Positions 37,483 through 47,626 of a stretch of DNA of 64,000 bases are shown here, piece by piece; position 1 is the stretch's first letter; every line of letters starts with the position of its first letter. Origin of the DNA: a bacterium (lineage in GTDB: Bacteria; Patescibacteriota; Patescibacteriia; SBBB01); assembly GCA_005239895.1 (NCBI GenBank), contig SBBB01000025.1, positions 98,170 through 162,169 of the forward strand, written 5' to 3'. The position numbers and the translations under genes are program-made. Under the pieces are notes generated by a model. That model was given only the letters and a program-made list of their open reading frames with translations. It did not search any database and was not told where the DNA came from.

Positions 37483-39261
37483 TTACAACGAAGAAAGTTG
37501 TTCAATTTTCTTTTGAATTTTTTCTTCTTGACCGCGGCGAGCAAAATCATAATTACCTAAATTTGCCAACATGTATTCAGTGACCAAAGGATAAACTTTT
37601 TGTAATAATTTAAATTTTTCTTGTTCAATATATCTATAATCCGTATGACCTTCGGGAATAGTTCGAAGCTCAATTTCCCAAAAACATTCCCGTAAATTTT
37701 GGAATTGCATAAAACGAATACGATGTGCTAAACACGTCGCATATTGCGCCAACTCTAAATCGTGTTGCGCTATTTTATAATACAAATCCTCTACTTTATT
37801 TATAGCTGAAGAAAACTCGCTATCTAATTTAGATTTTATTAATTCTGGAGCTACGTCATAACTATGATCACAAGTAAAATTTTGCTTTTGTTGCGTAAGC
37901 ATACGATGACGGTGCAAATCGCGCCAAGCGCCCAAATTCATAACGATTTCAAATCTAACATAAATATTTTCAAAAGCTCGACTTACTTTTTGCCACCTAA
38001 ATTTCCTATCTTGTAAATGCACCTTTAAAATTTCTTTTTTCTCTTCAACTGTTAAAGCTTTAACGGTTTGCAAAATTTTATTCCACGAAAGATGATTATT
38101 TACAGCTGAATAAAGAATTCCCGTAATAATTTTATCTTCTCCGTCAGTGTCAAATTCAACTAACTGCACGCGCGGACCAGTTTCTACTTCTTTCAAACTA
38201 TCTTTAAATAACCCTTTTACTACTGGCACGGTTTGTTTATTTTTATGACTTAAATATTTTTGATACTCTTCAATCATGTCTTTTCTAGTTTCATCTTTAA
38301 TACGCCTTAAAAATGAAGGTGTAATTTTATTCAACTCTTGATAAGCCATTTCTCCTGCCCAACGAACTTCTCCTAAAGAATGCCCCAAAGAGCGATTGAT
38401 CATGTGCTCAAAAGATTGCCCGTTGCCAAAAAATGTTACTTGCGAAAGTGTGGCCATGGGCAAAAGCCCCCTTAAAATATCAAACGCCTTCTTTTCTACC
38501 ACGGATTTTTTTTCTTCAGGAAAACGATCTTGCAACCACGCGGAAAGTTTAGGTAAAAGATCAATATAAGTTTCAAATAAATTATCCATAACAGTTTTAT
38601 ACTCTGCATCTAATCCTATATCTTTGAGGGTTGGATCAATATAATACTGATATTGATTATTAATTTTTTGAGCATAATTAACATAGCGCGTGGATTTTTC
38701 AATCGGAGCCAAACCAATTCTCTGATCTTCAAAATGTTTAATCACAATTTGCGAAACCCCTGAAAAAGCAAGATGAGTACCTGCCATTTGCGCAATAGAA
38801 TCATCTCCGTACTGAGCCAACCATTTAATATAAAAAGAACGAGCGCGCGGATTAGCAAAAAACTCCAACAAAGAATGATCCTTAAAAAAATTTAAAAAAT
38901 CATAAAGTTCCTCGCCATATTTAATAGTAGCTTGCCAAGCTTCGCTGGTTTCATTCTCTTGTCGAACAGGATTTAAAAAAGGATCTATAAATTCACGCAA
39001 AAAAATATGTCGCAAATCCGTCGTGGCTCGACTGGATCGCGAACAAAGAGCGCCAATTAATTCGGGTGATAAAATTAGAGGCACATACACAGATTTGTCT
39101 AAATTAGTAAAAAACGGCTGTAAACGAAGCTTTTCTTTATCTGTATACTCGTCTTTTTGAAAAAGTGGTGCAAATTCTTCTAAAGAATGTTTATTAATCA
39201 TATAATTATTAGTACTATAGAATTTTTTAAACAAATTATCAAGATCTGGTGTTTTTGTCAC
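37483..39261 (-). CDS. thyX: FAD-dependent thymidylate synthase, tandem-domain type
   Basis: YGDDSIAQ, IEKSTRYV, RGLLP.AT, RDLHRHR, ELRT.PEGH..YR. Confidence 0.9.
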   Translation of the reverse strand: MTKTPDLDNLFKKFYSTNNYMINKHSLEEFAPLFQKDEYTDKEKLRLQPFFTNLDKSVYVPLILSPELIGALCSRSSRATTDLRHIFLREFIDPFLNPVRQENETSEAWQATIKYGEELYDFLNFFKDHSLLEFFANPRARSFYIKWLAQYGDDSIAQMAGTHLAFSGVSQIVIKHFEDQRIGLAPIEKSTRYVNYAQKINNQYQYYIDPTLKDIGLDAEYKTVMDNLFETYIDLLPKLSAWLQDRFPEEKKSVVEKKAFDILRGLLPMATLSQVTFFGNGQSFEHMINRSLGHSLGEVRWAGEMAYQELNKITPSFLRRIKDETRKDMIEEYQKYLSHKNKQTVPVVKGLFKDSLKEVETGPRVQLVEFDTDGEDKIITGILYSAVNNHLSWNKILQTVKALTVEEKKEILKVHLQDRKFRWQKVSRAFENIYVRFEIVMNLGAWRDLHRHRMLTQQKQNFTCDHSYDVAPELIKSKLDSEFSSAINKVEDLYYKIAQHDLELAQYATCLAHRIRFMQFQNLRECFWEIELRTIPEGHTDYRYIEQEKFKLLQKVYPLVTEYMLANLGNYDFARRGQEEKIQKKIEQLSSL

Positions 39262-39268
39262 CCTAGTT

Positions 39269-40042
39269 CTATTTGATTAATAACCAAACTGGACAATGGT
39301 CGGATCCAAAATAATGATTCATAATACCAATATCATTAATTTTAGAAATAATGTTAGCGTCCGCGAAAAAATAATCTATACGCCAACCAATGTTTCTATC
39401 TCTCGCAAATGTTTTCATATCCCAATAAGTATAAGCATCTTTTTGATGGGGATAAAATTTTCTAAATACATCTATAAATTCATTCGCAACTACTTTATCA
39501 ATCCACGCGCGCTCTACGGGTAAAAAACCAGTGTTGTGTTCATTATCTTTAGGCCGAGCTAAATCCATTGGCGTGTGCGCGGTATTAATATCTCCACAAA
39601 AAATCACCCGCTCCCCTTTTTCTCTTAATTTCAAAATAAAATTTAAAAAAGCATCATAAAATTCTAATTTATATCGTAAACGCTCTGGACCTTGCCCGCC
39701 ATTAGGACAATAAATATTTATTAAAGTAAAATTTTTATATTTAGCAATAATCACCCGCCCCTCTTCGTCAAACTTTTTAATACCAATTCCGTACAAAACC
39801 TCTTGGGGTTTTTCTTTAGTATAAATTGCCACACCACTATAGCCTTTTTTAATCTCCGAAGAAGAAAAATATGAAGTATATCCTACTACATCTTTTATAA
39901 ACACATCTAATTGCTCAGGGCTAGCCTTGGTTTCTTGTAAACAAACAATATCGGGTTTAAAATCTTTAAATAACGGATCAAAAAAACCTTGCTTAACAGT
40001 CGCTCTTAAACCATTAGTGTTCCAAGAAATAATTTTTAACAT
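39269..40042 (-). CDS. xth: Exodeoxyribonuclease III
   Basis: ISWNTNGLRA, CLQETK, GDINTAH, GWRIDYF, GSDHCPV; true start 40042 (track extension runs through a repeat). Confidence 0.95.
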   Translation of the reverse strand: MLKIISWNTNGLRATVKQGFFDPLFKDFKPDIVCLQETKASPEQLDVFIKDVVGYTSYFSSSEIKKGYSGVAIYTKEKPQEVLYGIGIKKFDEEGRVIIAKYKNFTLINIYCPNGGQGPERLRYKLEFYDAFLNFILKLREKGERVIFCGDINTAHTPMDLARPKDNEHNTGFLPVERAWIDKVVANEFIDVFRKFYPHQKDAYTYWDMKTFARDRNIGWRIDYFFADANIISKINDIGIMNHYFGSDHCPVWLLIK

Positions 40043-40101
40043 AGTGTTATTTAAAATTTTTAATATATAATTTATACATTGTTGTGTTTCTACCTTCTCC
40101 C

Positions 40102-40316
40102 TGTCATTCCCGCGCAGGCGGGAATCCAGGAGCGTGCACATTTATCACCCTTGATCAAATTAATGTTAACATTAAACTACAACTACAATCCAGTAATTAA
40201 TTTTTTACAATATATTTTTTCAAATAAATCTAAAATCTATATTATTTTTATTGGTTAAAAATATATAATCGGTATTATTTGAACAAACCTGGATTCCCGC
40301 CTGCGCGGGAATGACA
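40102..40316. repeat. REPIN/MITE-like element, copy 3
   Basis: Arms at 40102-40130 and 40288-40316, both with the GCAG variant. Confidence 0.9.
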
Positions 40317-40360
40317 AAAAAATAGGAATGACGGAAAAACCTTAATTCATAAATCTTATC

Positions 40361-41047
40361 CTACTCCTTGCTCACCACCATAATAGCATTTTTAGATGAC
40401 AGGTTTTTAATTTTAGGGTTAGGCACGCTGGTTGGATAATTATACAAAGCATTCATAAAAACATTATATTTATAACGATAACCCTGGCCGCGTTTTGTGC
40501 CAACATCGTTAGTTATAAATTCTTGTTTTTTATTATCATATCCAATAATAACTAACATGTGTTTTTCAGGGCCAGCTCCGCTATAATATTTGTTTTTTAG
40601 CTTTTGACCGTTCACAGGTGCAATAATTAAACTGCCATTTTTTAAAATATTCTTAATATCACTTACACTGACATTTTCTTTTGTAGTGACAGCATTGTAC
40701 TTAAAAAATTCTTTCATTAAAATCGCTGTGTCAACCACAGATGTATCTTTAGAAGTGCCAAATCTTTTTTGAGAATATTTAGATAAATCTGACATGGTCT
40801 TCTCTGCATACTTTAAATTTATCAAACCTATACCCTGAACCCAACTCATAGCAATTAAAATAGAAGCCTCTTCACACCCATTTTGCTGATCTGGGTTTTT
40901 CCAATCACCAAATGGTGCTTGGGACACAAATGGCGCAGAAATAATAACCTTACTACTATCAATAGTGCCAGAAACAACACCGGTCGCAAACAAACCGGTC
41001 AATAAAATTAAACCTAATCCTATTATTTTGTTCATCATATACCGCAA
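40361..41047 (-). CDS. Secreted C39-like cysteine peptidase
   Basis: PFVSQAP.G.W, GCEEAS, HMLVIIGYD, FITND.GT. Confidence 0.85.
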   Translation of the reverse strand: MRYMMNKIIGLGLILLTGLFATGVVSGTIDSSKVIISAPFVSQAPFGDWKNPDQQNGCEEASILIAMSWVQGIGLINLKYAEKTMSDLSKYSQKRFGTSKDTSVVDTAILMKEFFKYNAVTTKENVSVSDIKNILKNGSLIIAPVNGQKLKNKYYSGAGPEKHMLVIIGYDNKKQEFITNDVGTKRGQGYRYKYNVFMNALYNYPTSVPNPKIKNLSSKNAIMVVSKE

Positions 41048-41127
41048 TTATATCATTTTATTACTAAAAAGAGATGCCCGCAACTAATGAACGTTGCGGG
41101 CAATATTATGAATTGAACATATTCTAA

Positions 41128-41328
41128 TCAAATGCCTTGCCGCCAACCTGGATTGTAAAATTGGTCACGGAGCACATCTTGCGTACTGTGAGTATCATTA
41201 AGTAAAATATCCACGCGCAATACTTCTTCACTTATTACTGTAAAATAAGTCTTGAACCCCACGCCTTCTTCACAAATAACGCAATCAATTTTAGTCTGCA
41301 ATCTTGTTAATGCGGTTTCTGTAATCAT
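41128..41328 (-). CDS. 66-aa orphan protein
   Basis: AGGAGGAG SD; downstream hairpin 41076-41102. Confidence 0.6.
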   Translation of the reverse strand: MITETALTRLQTKIDCVICEEGVGFKTYFTVISEEVLRVDILLNDTHSTQDVLRDQFYNPGWRQGI

Positions 41329-41402
41329 GCTTCTCCTCCTTTTGTGGCTTGATGTTTATTCTGCTAATATGCAAAACGCTATTTGTTTTAGCTTTTGCTA
41401 AC

Positions 41403-41591
41403 AACAAAAACCAGCCCTAGCAGTGAAGGACTGGCTTTTGTTCTTAAATGAAGTTATTTTAAAAACACGAAGTCAAACCTCCACTTTTAGCGAGGCTGAT
41501 ACATAAACTAATAATACTGCTAAACTGTTTTGTATTCTTCGTATTTTTACACATAATTCTAATTATATAATAAAACCGTTGATATTGTCAA
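41403..41591 (-). promoter_or_regulatory. Promoter plus attenuator-like leader (terminator/antiterminator)
   Basis: TTGACA-18-TATAAT; Leu/Val codon run; hairpin CAGCCTC...GAGGTTTG; terminator AAAAGCCAGTCCT...AGGGCTGGTTTTT. Confidence 0.55.
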
Positions 41592-41600
41592 GAGCAACAA

Positions 41601-42515
41601 TTAAACCTGTGTTAACCAATCTGAATGTTCAGCTTGTTCGCCACGAACAATTTCAAAAAACGCTTGTTGTAGGGTTTTGGTAACTGGACCAGGTTTTCCA
41701 TTACCTATAACTCTTCCGTCAACTTCGCTAATCGGAGTTACCTCAGCCGCCGTACCTGTAAAAAATGCTTCATCAGCTAAATAAAGTTCATCTCTAGTAA
41801 ACCGTTCTTCTTTAACTGTAAAGTTATACTTTTTAGCTAAACACAATATTGTATCCCGCGTAATACCTTCTAAAACAGATGTTAAGGGTGTAGTTTTTAA
41901 TACTCCCTTGCGTACAATAAAAAGGTTTTCTCCCGGACCTTCGGCCACAAAACCATCTGTATCTAACATAATAGCTTCGGTATAACCAGCATTAATAGCT
42001 TCTTTTTTAGCTAATTGAGAATTAACATAACTACCTGTAACCTTGGCATGCGACATACTAGAGTTAACATGATGACGAACAAATGATGAAATACCAACCC
42101 TAATACCATTTTGCAAACCATCTTCACCCAAATAAGTCCCCCATGGCCATGCAGCTATAGTTAAATTAACAGGACTATTTTTTACATAGAGACCCATTTC
42201 ACCATAACCAATAAAAGCAATTGGTCTAATATAACCTTCTTCTAATTTATTCACGCGAACGGTTTCAATAATAGCATTTTCAATCTCTGTCACTGTAAAT
42301 GGAATTTTTATTTGAACAATATGGGCCGAACCTAAAAGACGGCTAACATGTTCTTTGAGTCTAAATATGGCTGTTCCGGTTTTTCCTTTATAACAGCGAA
42401 TACCTTCAAATACCCCCAGTCCATAATGAAGCGTGTGAGTTAAAACATGAACTGTTGCCTCTTTCCAAGGAACAAATTTTCCATCCATCCAAATATAATC
42501 AGTTTCTTTTAACAT
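41601..42515 (-). CDS. ilvE: Branched-chain amino acid aminotransferase
   Basis: [41 protein letters not shown]. Confidence 0.96.
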   Translation of the reverse strand: MLKETDYIWMDGKFVPWKEATVHVLTHTLHYGLGVFEGIRCYKGKTGTAIFRLKEHVSRLLGSAHIVQIKIPFTVTEIENAIIETVRVNKLEEGYIRPIAFIGYGEMGLYVKNSPVNLTIAAWPWGTYLGEDGLQNGIRVGISSFVRHHVNSSMSHAKVTGSYVNSQLAKKEAINAGYTEAIMLDTDGFVAEGPGENLFIVRKGVLKTTPLTSVLEGITRDTILCLAKKYNFTVKEERFTRDELYLADEAFFTGTAAEVTPISEVDGRVIGNGKPGPVTKTLQQAFFEIVRGEQAEHSDWLTQV

Positions 42516-42614
42516 AAATGCAAATAAATTTTTAAAGACTTAAATAAGTTTTGTCTAATTAAATTAATTTATCACTCAATATGTGTACTGTCAATTTTAA
42601 TACCAATCATTTAG

Positions 42615-42689
42615 TACCGCTACCGGGATTTGAACCCGGGTTCTTAGGCTGAGAACCTAATGTCCTAGACCAGGCTAGACGATAGCGGC
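42615..42689 (-). tRNA. tRNA-Glu(CTC)
   Basis: GCCGCTA/TAGCGGT acceptor, anticodon loop TTCTCAG; CCA not encoded. Confidence 0.93.
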
Positions 42690-42698
42690 AAATATTTT

Positions 42699-43484
42699 TT
42701 AACTAACTACAGAATCACTGTCGTTCTTTTTAAACACTTCAATAATATCAATTAAGTTTAAATTCAAATGTAAACCACACGCTATACTCATAATAGCATT
42801 ATTCACACTTAAATTACCCGATCTAGATTGTAGCACAACAGGCACAACGCTACCATGATAATGCATCTTAAAAGTAGTATAATCAACTTCTCCAGTCTCT
42901 TCTTTGGTGTGAGTATTTATATTACTAGCCATTATAAATGCTTCGCTATTTAGAGAACACGGCAACTGCTGAATGTTAATTTTATTTACAATTTTTATAA
43001 TCTGCTCATCGTCTTTGTTGTAAACAAGGATTGAATCTTTAGAAACCGAATGTAAAAGTTTTTGAATCTCAATTTTCATCGGATTTAAATCTAAACACTG
43101 ATTATCATTTAACATAGAAGACAATATCACAATGCATTTTGCATCTTTTGTAATTTTAGAAATTAAATCTAATTGCTCGTTCTTAATTTCTAAAATTAAA
43201 ATATCGGGATAAACTACCTTACGAAATATTTTTAAAAATACAAGCCTTAGTAAAACTAAACCTATCCAAAACTTATTTTTATAATGTTGACTCAGATTGG
43301 AGAGAGCGGAAAAAATTTCGGTTTCAGAACGACCATCCTCGTAAACATTAGATTGCGTGGTTAAGTTATTCCTGCGAAATATATCTGTGAGCATAGACGC
43401 AATGGAATTTATTCCCTCCGACCCTAACACTAAAATTATTTGGGGTTGATATTTACGAATAATTATTTTAGATAAAAAAATCAT
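42699..43484 (-). CDS. Degenerate Mur-ligase middle-domain protein (MurF-like)
   Basis: KY.P.II.V.GS.G, YP.ILILE, LVYN.DD; P-loop lacks KT; follows ftsI. Confidence 0.6.
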   Translation of the reverse strand: MIFLSKIIIRKYQPQIILVLGSEGINSIASMLTDIFRRNNLTTQSNVYEDGRSETEIFSALSNLSQHYKNKFWIGLVLLRLVFLKIFRKVVYPDILILEIKNEQLDLISKITKDAKCIVILSSMLNDNQCLDLNPMKIEIQKLLHSVSKDSILVYNKDDEQIIKIVNKINIQQLPCSLNSEAFIMASNINTHTKEETGEVDYTTFKMHYHGSVVPVVLQSRSGNLSVNNAIMSIACGLHLNLNLIDIIEVFKKNDSDSVVS

Positions 43485-43569
43485 ATCAAAAAATGATAAA
43501 TATTAATCTAATACCATCTTTTCATTCACTTTTCATCCACGCACCAGAGGACCACAGACCCATAGTGCT

Positions 43570-45330
43570 TCACTTTCGATCGGGTGGAATCTCGTAATAC
43601 TCTAACATAAACTTCATTAATTGACCAAATAATGGCGCCGCAGAACTTTCCGCAAATTTTACCTTTTGTGGATTGTCAATTTTAACCAACATAACAATTT
43701 TAGGATTACTCAGTGGCCCAAAACCAACAAAAGACCCAATAACATTATCTTCATCATAGCCAGCAGCATTTTTCTTGGGTACTTGGGCTGTACCGGTCTT
43801 ACCTGCAATATAATACCCTGGCACACCCGCAGCTTTACCATGACCATTATCCACAACTGATACCATCATAGCAGATAAAATATTAGCGGTTGACTTAGAA
43901 ATAGGTGTCCGAACCTTTAAGGGATTGTTCCTTATTATTGAACCATTACTTTTACGAATTTCTTTAACTAGATAGGGTTTCATTAATTGACCATCATTAG
44001 CAATGGCTCCATAAGCCATTAACATTTGCAAAGGGGTGACAGTTACACCCTGTCCAAAAGAAGCTGTGGCATGATAAATTTCTGGGGTTTCATCCAGGGC
44101 TTTTATATTTCCTTTGGTTTCACCATACAAACTAATATCAGTTACAGCACCAAATCCAAAATCTTGAGTATATTTTTTTAAAATATCAACCCCGACCAAA
44201 CGCATAATAAAAATCACACCCGTATTAAGCGATTTTTCCAAAACTTGCGTCATAGTTTGAACACCGTGCGCTTTCTTATCTGAATTTTGAACAACATGCC
44301 CACTAATCTTAAGCTTTCCCCTGTCTTCGTAAGTTGTGTTGGCAGTAATTTTACTAACATCTAAACCAGCCGCCAAGGTTATAGGTTTAAAAATTGAACC
44401 TGGTTCATATTGATCAAATATCGCCGGATTGTTAAATAGGTTTAAATTTTTTACATATCTATATTCATTGGGGTCATAATTGGGAACACTGCACATAGCC
44501 AAAATAGCTCCAGTTTGAGGATCTCCAACCAAAACCGTACCAGACCTTGCCTCATGTTTTTTAACCCATAATTCTAAATCTTGGCAAACCTTAACTTGCA
44601 AATTATAATCAATAGTTAAAATTAAATCATCTCCATCTACAGGTGGCATAATTTCTTTATTCTCAAAAGCTATCCAAGTCCCTGAAGGATCTTTTTCAGC
44701 GCGGGAAAAACCGTCTTTACCTTTTAGGGTGTCTTCAAAATAATATTCAATACCATATCTTCCAACTTTTCCGTTTTCACTATCTCCCACAAATCCTAAA
44801 ACCTGCCCAGCTTTATTATGTAAAGGATAATAACGCCAAACTTCCGAACTCAAATATATGCCTTGCAAATTTAATTTGCTAATTTTTTGCGTTTCTTCTA
44901 AAGATAATTTATTTTTAATAACAATATATTCTTTATCTTTAGATTGTAAATTCGCCAACACCTCCTCAGTTTTTAAATCTAATACTTGATTTAGAGTTTT
45001 AGCAGCACTAATAGGATTTTTAATTACTTGAGGGTTGGCCCACACCAACCCATAATCACGATTGATAGCAGTTGGATATAAATTCTTTCCATAACGAAAT
45101 ATAGATAGTTTTAAGTCTGTAGTCACAATCTCTTTCGGATTTTGAAAAAAAATTTCACCGCGCTTAGGTTTTAAAATTTTGTATAAATCATGTTGACTCG
45201 CGGCTTTATTGCGATATATTTCATAATTTAAAACTTGTAATCTAAATAAATGAATAATAATAATAACTCCCACCACCATCCAAATACATATAAAAAAATA
45301 TAATCGTCGGTCAGACTTCCTATTAGTCAT
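43570..45330 (-). CDS. ftsI: Class B penicillin-binding protein (FtsI-like)
   Basis: RGEI, RYYP, G.E, EPGSIFK (SxxK), SLN (SxN), GKTGTAQ. Confidence 0.9.
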   Translation of the reverse strand: MTNRKSDRRLYFFICIWMVVGVIIIIHLFRLQVLNYEIYRNKAASQHDLYKILKPKRGEIFFQNPKEIVTTDLKLSIFRYGKNLYPTAINRDYGLVWANPQVIKNPISAAKTLNQVLDLKTEEVLANLQSKDKEYIVIKNKLSLEETQKISKLNLQGIYLSSEVWRYYPLHNKAGQVLGFVGDSENGKVGRYGIEYYFEDTLKGKDGFSRAEKDPSGTWIAFENKEIMPPVDGDDLILTIDYNLQVKVCQDLELWVKKHEARSGTVLVGDPQTGAILAMCSVPNYDPNEYRYVKNLNLFNNPAIFDQYEPGSIFKPITLAAGLDVSKITANTTYEDRGKLKISGHVVQNSDKKAHGVQTMTQVLEKSLNTGVIFIMRLVGVDILKKYTQDFGFGAVTDISLYGETKGNIKALDETPEIYHATASFGQGVTVTPLQMLMAYGAIANDGQLMKPYLVKEIRKSNGSIIRNNPLKVRTPISKSTANILSAMMVSVVDNGHGKAAGVPGYYIAGKTGTAQVPKKNAAGYDEDNVIGSFVGFGPLSNPKIVMLVKIDNPQKVKFAESSAAPLFGQLMKFMLEYYEIPPDRK

Positions 45331-45381
45331 AAATATGCAATATAATACCGTTAGATTGAAGATGTTGAAATAATTCAACAA

Positions 45382-45744
45382 TTATTTACGAGCTATTTCT
45401 TCAGCGACATGCGCAGTAATATATTTAAAAGTTGATTTTTCAGTTAATTGTACAGATGACATGACCGCTTGATTTAAAGTAACAGCTTGAAGTTGAATTA
45501 TTTTTAATTCTAAATTTTTATTCTCTTGCAATAAATTAACTTTATCTTTCTCTAAAGACCTAAGACGATATCCATTTATCGCTAAGTTATTAACCATTAA
45601 AATATATAATATACTAATGGCTACGATACTCAATAAAATAGCAACCTTGCTTCGCAAATTCAGGGGTTGTTTGCGAGCTAGAGGCAGAGCTTTAATAAAC
45701 AATGCGCGATTAACAAATTGTTGATTCAAAGCATAGTTAGACAT
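45382..45744 (-). CDS. FtsL-like single-TM coiled-coil protein
   Basis: TM plus coiled coil, located between rsmH and ftsI. Confidence 0.65.
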   Translation of the reverse strand: MSNYALNQQFVNRALFIKALPLARKQPLNLRSKVAILLSIVAISILYILMVNNLAINGYRLRSLEKDKVNLLQENKNLELKIIQLQAVTLNQAVMSSVQLTEKSTFKYITAHVAEEIARK

Positions 45745-45745
45745 A

Positions 45746-46681
45746 TTATATTTTTTCAGCTACTCTTAATTTGGCGCTTCTACTTCTGGGATTCGCTTGA
45801 ATTTCTTCTAAAGTGGCTGTAACTGGTTTTTTAGTAATAATTTTTAAACTAGATTTATGATTACAAACGCAAACCATAAACATGCTAGGACAAATACAAT
45901 CCATACTTTCGGTTTTAAAAAACTTTTTCACAATTCGATCTTCTAAAGAATGAAAAGATATAACCGCTACCCTACCACCGACAACTAATAAATTTAATAT
46001 TTGCGATAAAACTGAAGTTAAGTTATCTAGCTCCTGATTAACAGCAATTCTTAAAGCTTGGAACACTCTCGTGGCTGGATGTATTTTTTGATGTAAATAA
46101 CGGGCGGGAACCGATGAAGTAATCACTCGAACCAAATCTTGGGTGGTTAAAATTTTATTAACCTGTCTTTCCTTAACAATATTTCTAGCAATAGATCGGG
46201 AATATCTTTCTTCGCCATACTTCCAAAAAATATCCGCTAAATCAACTTCACGAAACGTATTAATAATTTCACTAGCTGTTAATATATTTGAATTTGATAA
46301 ATTGTTAGTTAAGTAACGCATATCTAAATAACTATTACTTTGAAAACTAAATCCTCGCTCACTATCCGCCAACTGTTCAGATGATAATCCTAAATCTAGC
46401 AATACGCCGTTTAGGCTTCTAAAATTTAATCGCTCCGCAATGCAGCTTAGGTTTTTATAATTATCACAGACTAAATATAAATTATCTGGTTTACCTTGCT
46501 GCGTGGCACGATCTATATTTTTAGAATCCCAGTCTATACTTAATAACTTACCCGACTTACCTACTCTCTTTAAAATTTCTTTACTATGTCCGCCCGAACC
46601 ATAAGTACAATCTACAAATTCATTACCTTCAGCTGGAGCTAAATATTGCAATACTTCTTTCAATAAAACCGGAGTGTGCAT
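45746..46681 (-). CDS. rsmH: 16S rRNA m4C1402 methyltransferase
   Basis: H.PVLL.E, DCT.G.GGHS, DLGLSS.Q, SFHSLEDRIVK, NPRSRSAKLR. Confidence 0.97.
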   Translation of the reverse strand: MHTPVLLKEVLQYLAPAEGNEFVDCTYGSGGHSKEILKRVGKSGKLLSIDWDSKNIDRATQQGKPDNLYLVCDNYKNLSCIAERLNFRSLNGVLLDLGLSSEQLADSERGFSFQSNSYLDMRYLTNNLSNSNILTASEIINTFREVDLADIFWKYGEERYSRSIARNIVKERQVNKILTTQDLVRVITSSVPARYLHQKIHPATRVFQALRIAVNQELDNLTSVLSQILNLLVVGGRVAVISFHSLEDRIVKKFFKTESMDCICPSMFMVCVCNHKSSLKIITKKPVTATLEEIQANPRSRSAKLRVAEKI

Positions 46682-46691
46682 TTCTGAATAA

Positions 46692-47126
46692 TTACAGGAT
46701 ACCTATTTCTCCTAATTTTTCAGCTGTTCTGTCCGTACTTTTTTCAGCTGAATTCCTGTAAGCAATCCATTTATCAGTGTCCCAAATCTCTAATCTATTA
46801 TAAACACCTGTGATGGTTACATCTTTTTGTAAACCAGCATAGGTCTTTAAATAATCAGGGACTAAAACTCTACCCAAGCCATCGGTCTCTACTTCTACGG
46901 CTCCGCTTAATATTAGTCTAACCAAACTACGTACTTCAGCCGTGCCTTGAGATAACTTGCTAAGTTTATCAGCCACTAAAGACCACTCTTGCTGAGAGTA
47001 TAAAAATAAACAGCTATCAAAACCTCTGGTCAAAACAACCTTGTCCCCAAGTTCTTTCCTTAATTTGGCTGGAACAGCTAAACGCTTTTTATTATCTAAA
47101 TTGTATTGATACTCGCCTATTAACAT
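46692..47126 (-). CDS. mraZ: Transcriptional regulator MraZ
   Basis: GEY...LD.K.RL.VP, D..GRVLVP, RLEIWD. Confidence 0.97.
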   Translation of the reverse strand: MLIGEYQYNLDNKKRLAVPAKLRKELGDKVVLTRGFDSCLFLYSQQEWSLVADKLSKLSQGTAEVRSLVRLILSGAVEVETDGLGRVLVPDYLKTYAGLQKDVTITGVYNRLEIWDTDKWIAYRNSAEKSTDRTAEKLGEIGIL

Positions 47127-47136
47127 ATTTTTCTTG

Positions 47137-47254
47137 GTTATCCACAGTTTTTAGTGGTTATTAACACTTTTATCCACTTTTATACACTGTAGATACACTA
47201 TACACCACCTATAAATATAAATTCAAGTAATATTTACTAAAAACTGTGGATAAC
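47137..47254. promoter_or_regulatory. mraZ upstream region: two DnaA boxes in a 19-bp inverted repeat enclosing MraZ-type direct repeats
   Basis: GTTATCCACAGTTTTTAGT (47137-47155) and ACTAAAAACTGTGGATAAC (47236-47254); minus-strand GTGTATAAAA-GTGGATAAAA-GTGTTA at 10-nt period. Confidence 0.7.
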
Positions 47255-47413
47255 ACTTAATAACTACAAAGTAGAATGTAGAAAATAATTATTTTGCCAT
47301 TAAAGGCTTAGAACCAGGTGAATTGACGAAGAGCTTAAAAATACATTAAAATACTTACCGTAGTTTATCAATTTTTGACCCATAAACCGACATAAACCGC
47401 AAAGGAGAATATT

Positions 47414-47626
47414 ATGAGTAAGGATACCGCGGCACCAAATTTAAAATCTTCAATATCTTTAGAGTGTCCCTGTTGCACCAATTTAATGAAACCAGACGAA
47501 ATAACATGTGTGCGTTGTCATGTAGTCTCTACGGTCCACCAGCGGAACGAGCTATATCGAGAACATAGCACGCATATCAAGGAAAGTGCGGAACATAAAT
47601 TCCGCTCCTACTTAGCCAATTTGTAG
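47414..47626 (+). CDS. Small Cys/His-rich (putative Zn-binding) orphan, paralog A
   Basis: AAGGAG SD; ECPCCTNLMKPDEITCVRCH; hairpin 47694-47722. Confidence 0.75.
   Translation: MSKDTAAPNLKSSISLECPCCTNLMKPDEITCVRCHVVSTVHQRNELYREHSTHIKESAEHKFRSYLANL

Noticed and set aside
40043-40141. N-terminal extension of xth (LDSRLRGND)
   Set aside because: Derived from the repeat arm; homology starts at ATG 40042.
47137-47254. Replication origin
   Set aside because: Only two perfect DnaA boxes and no dnaA/dnaN nearby; a promoter role is more plausible.
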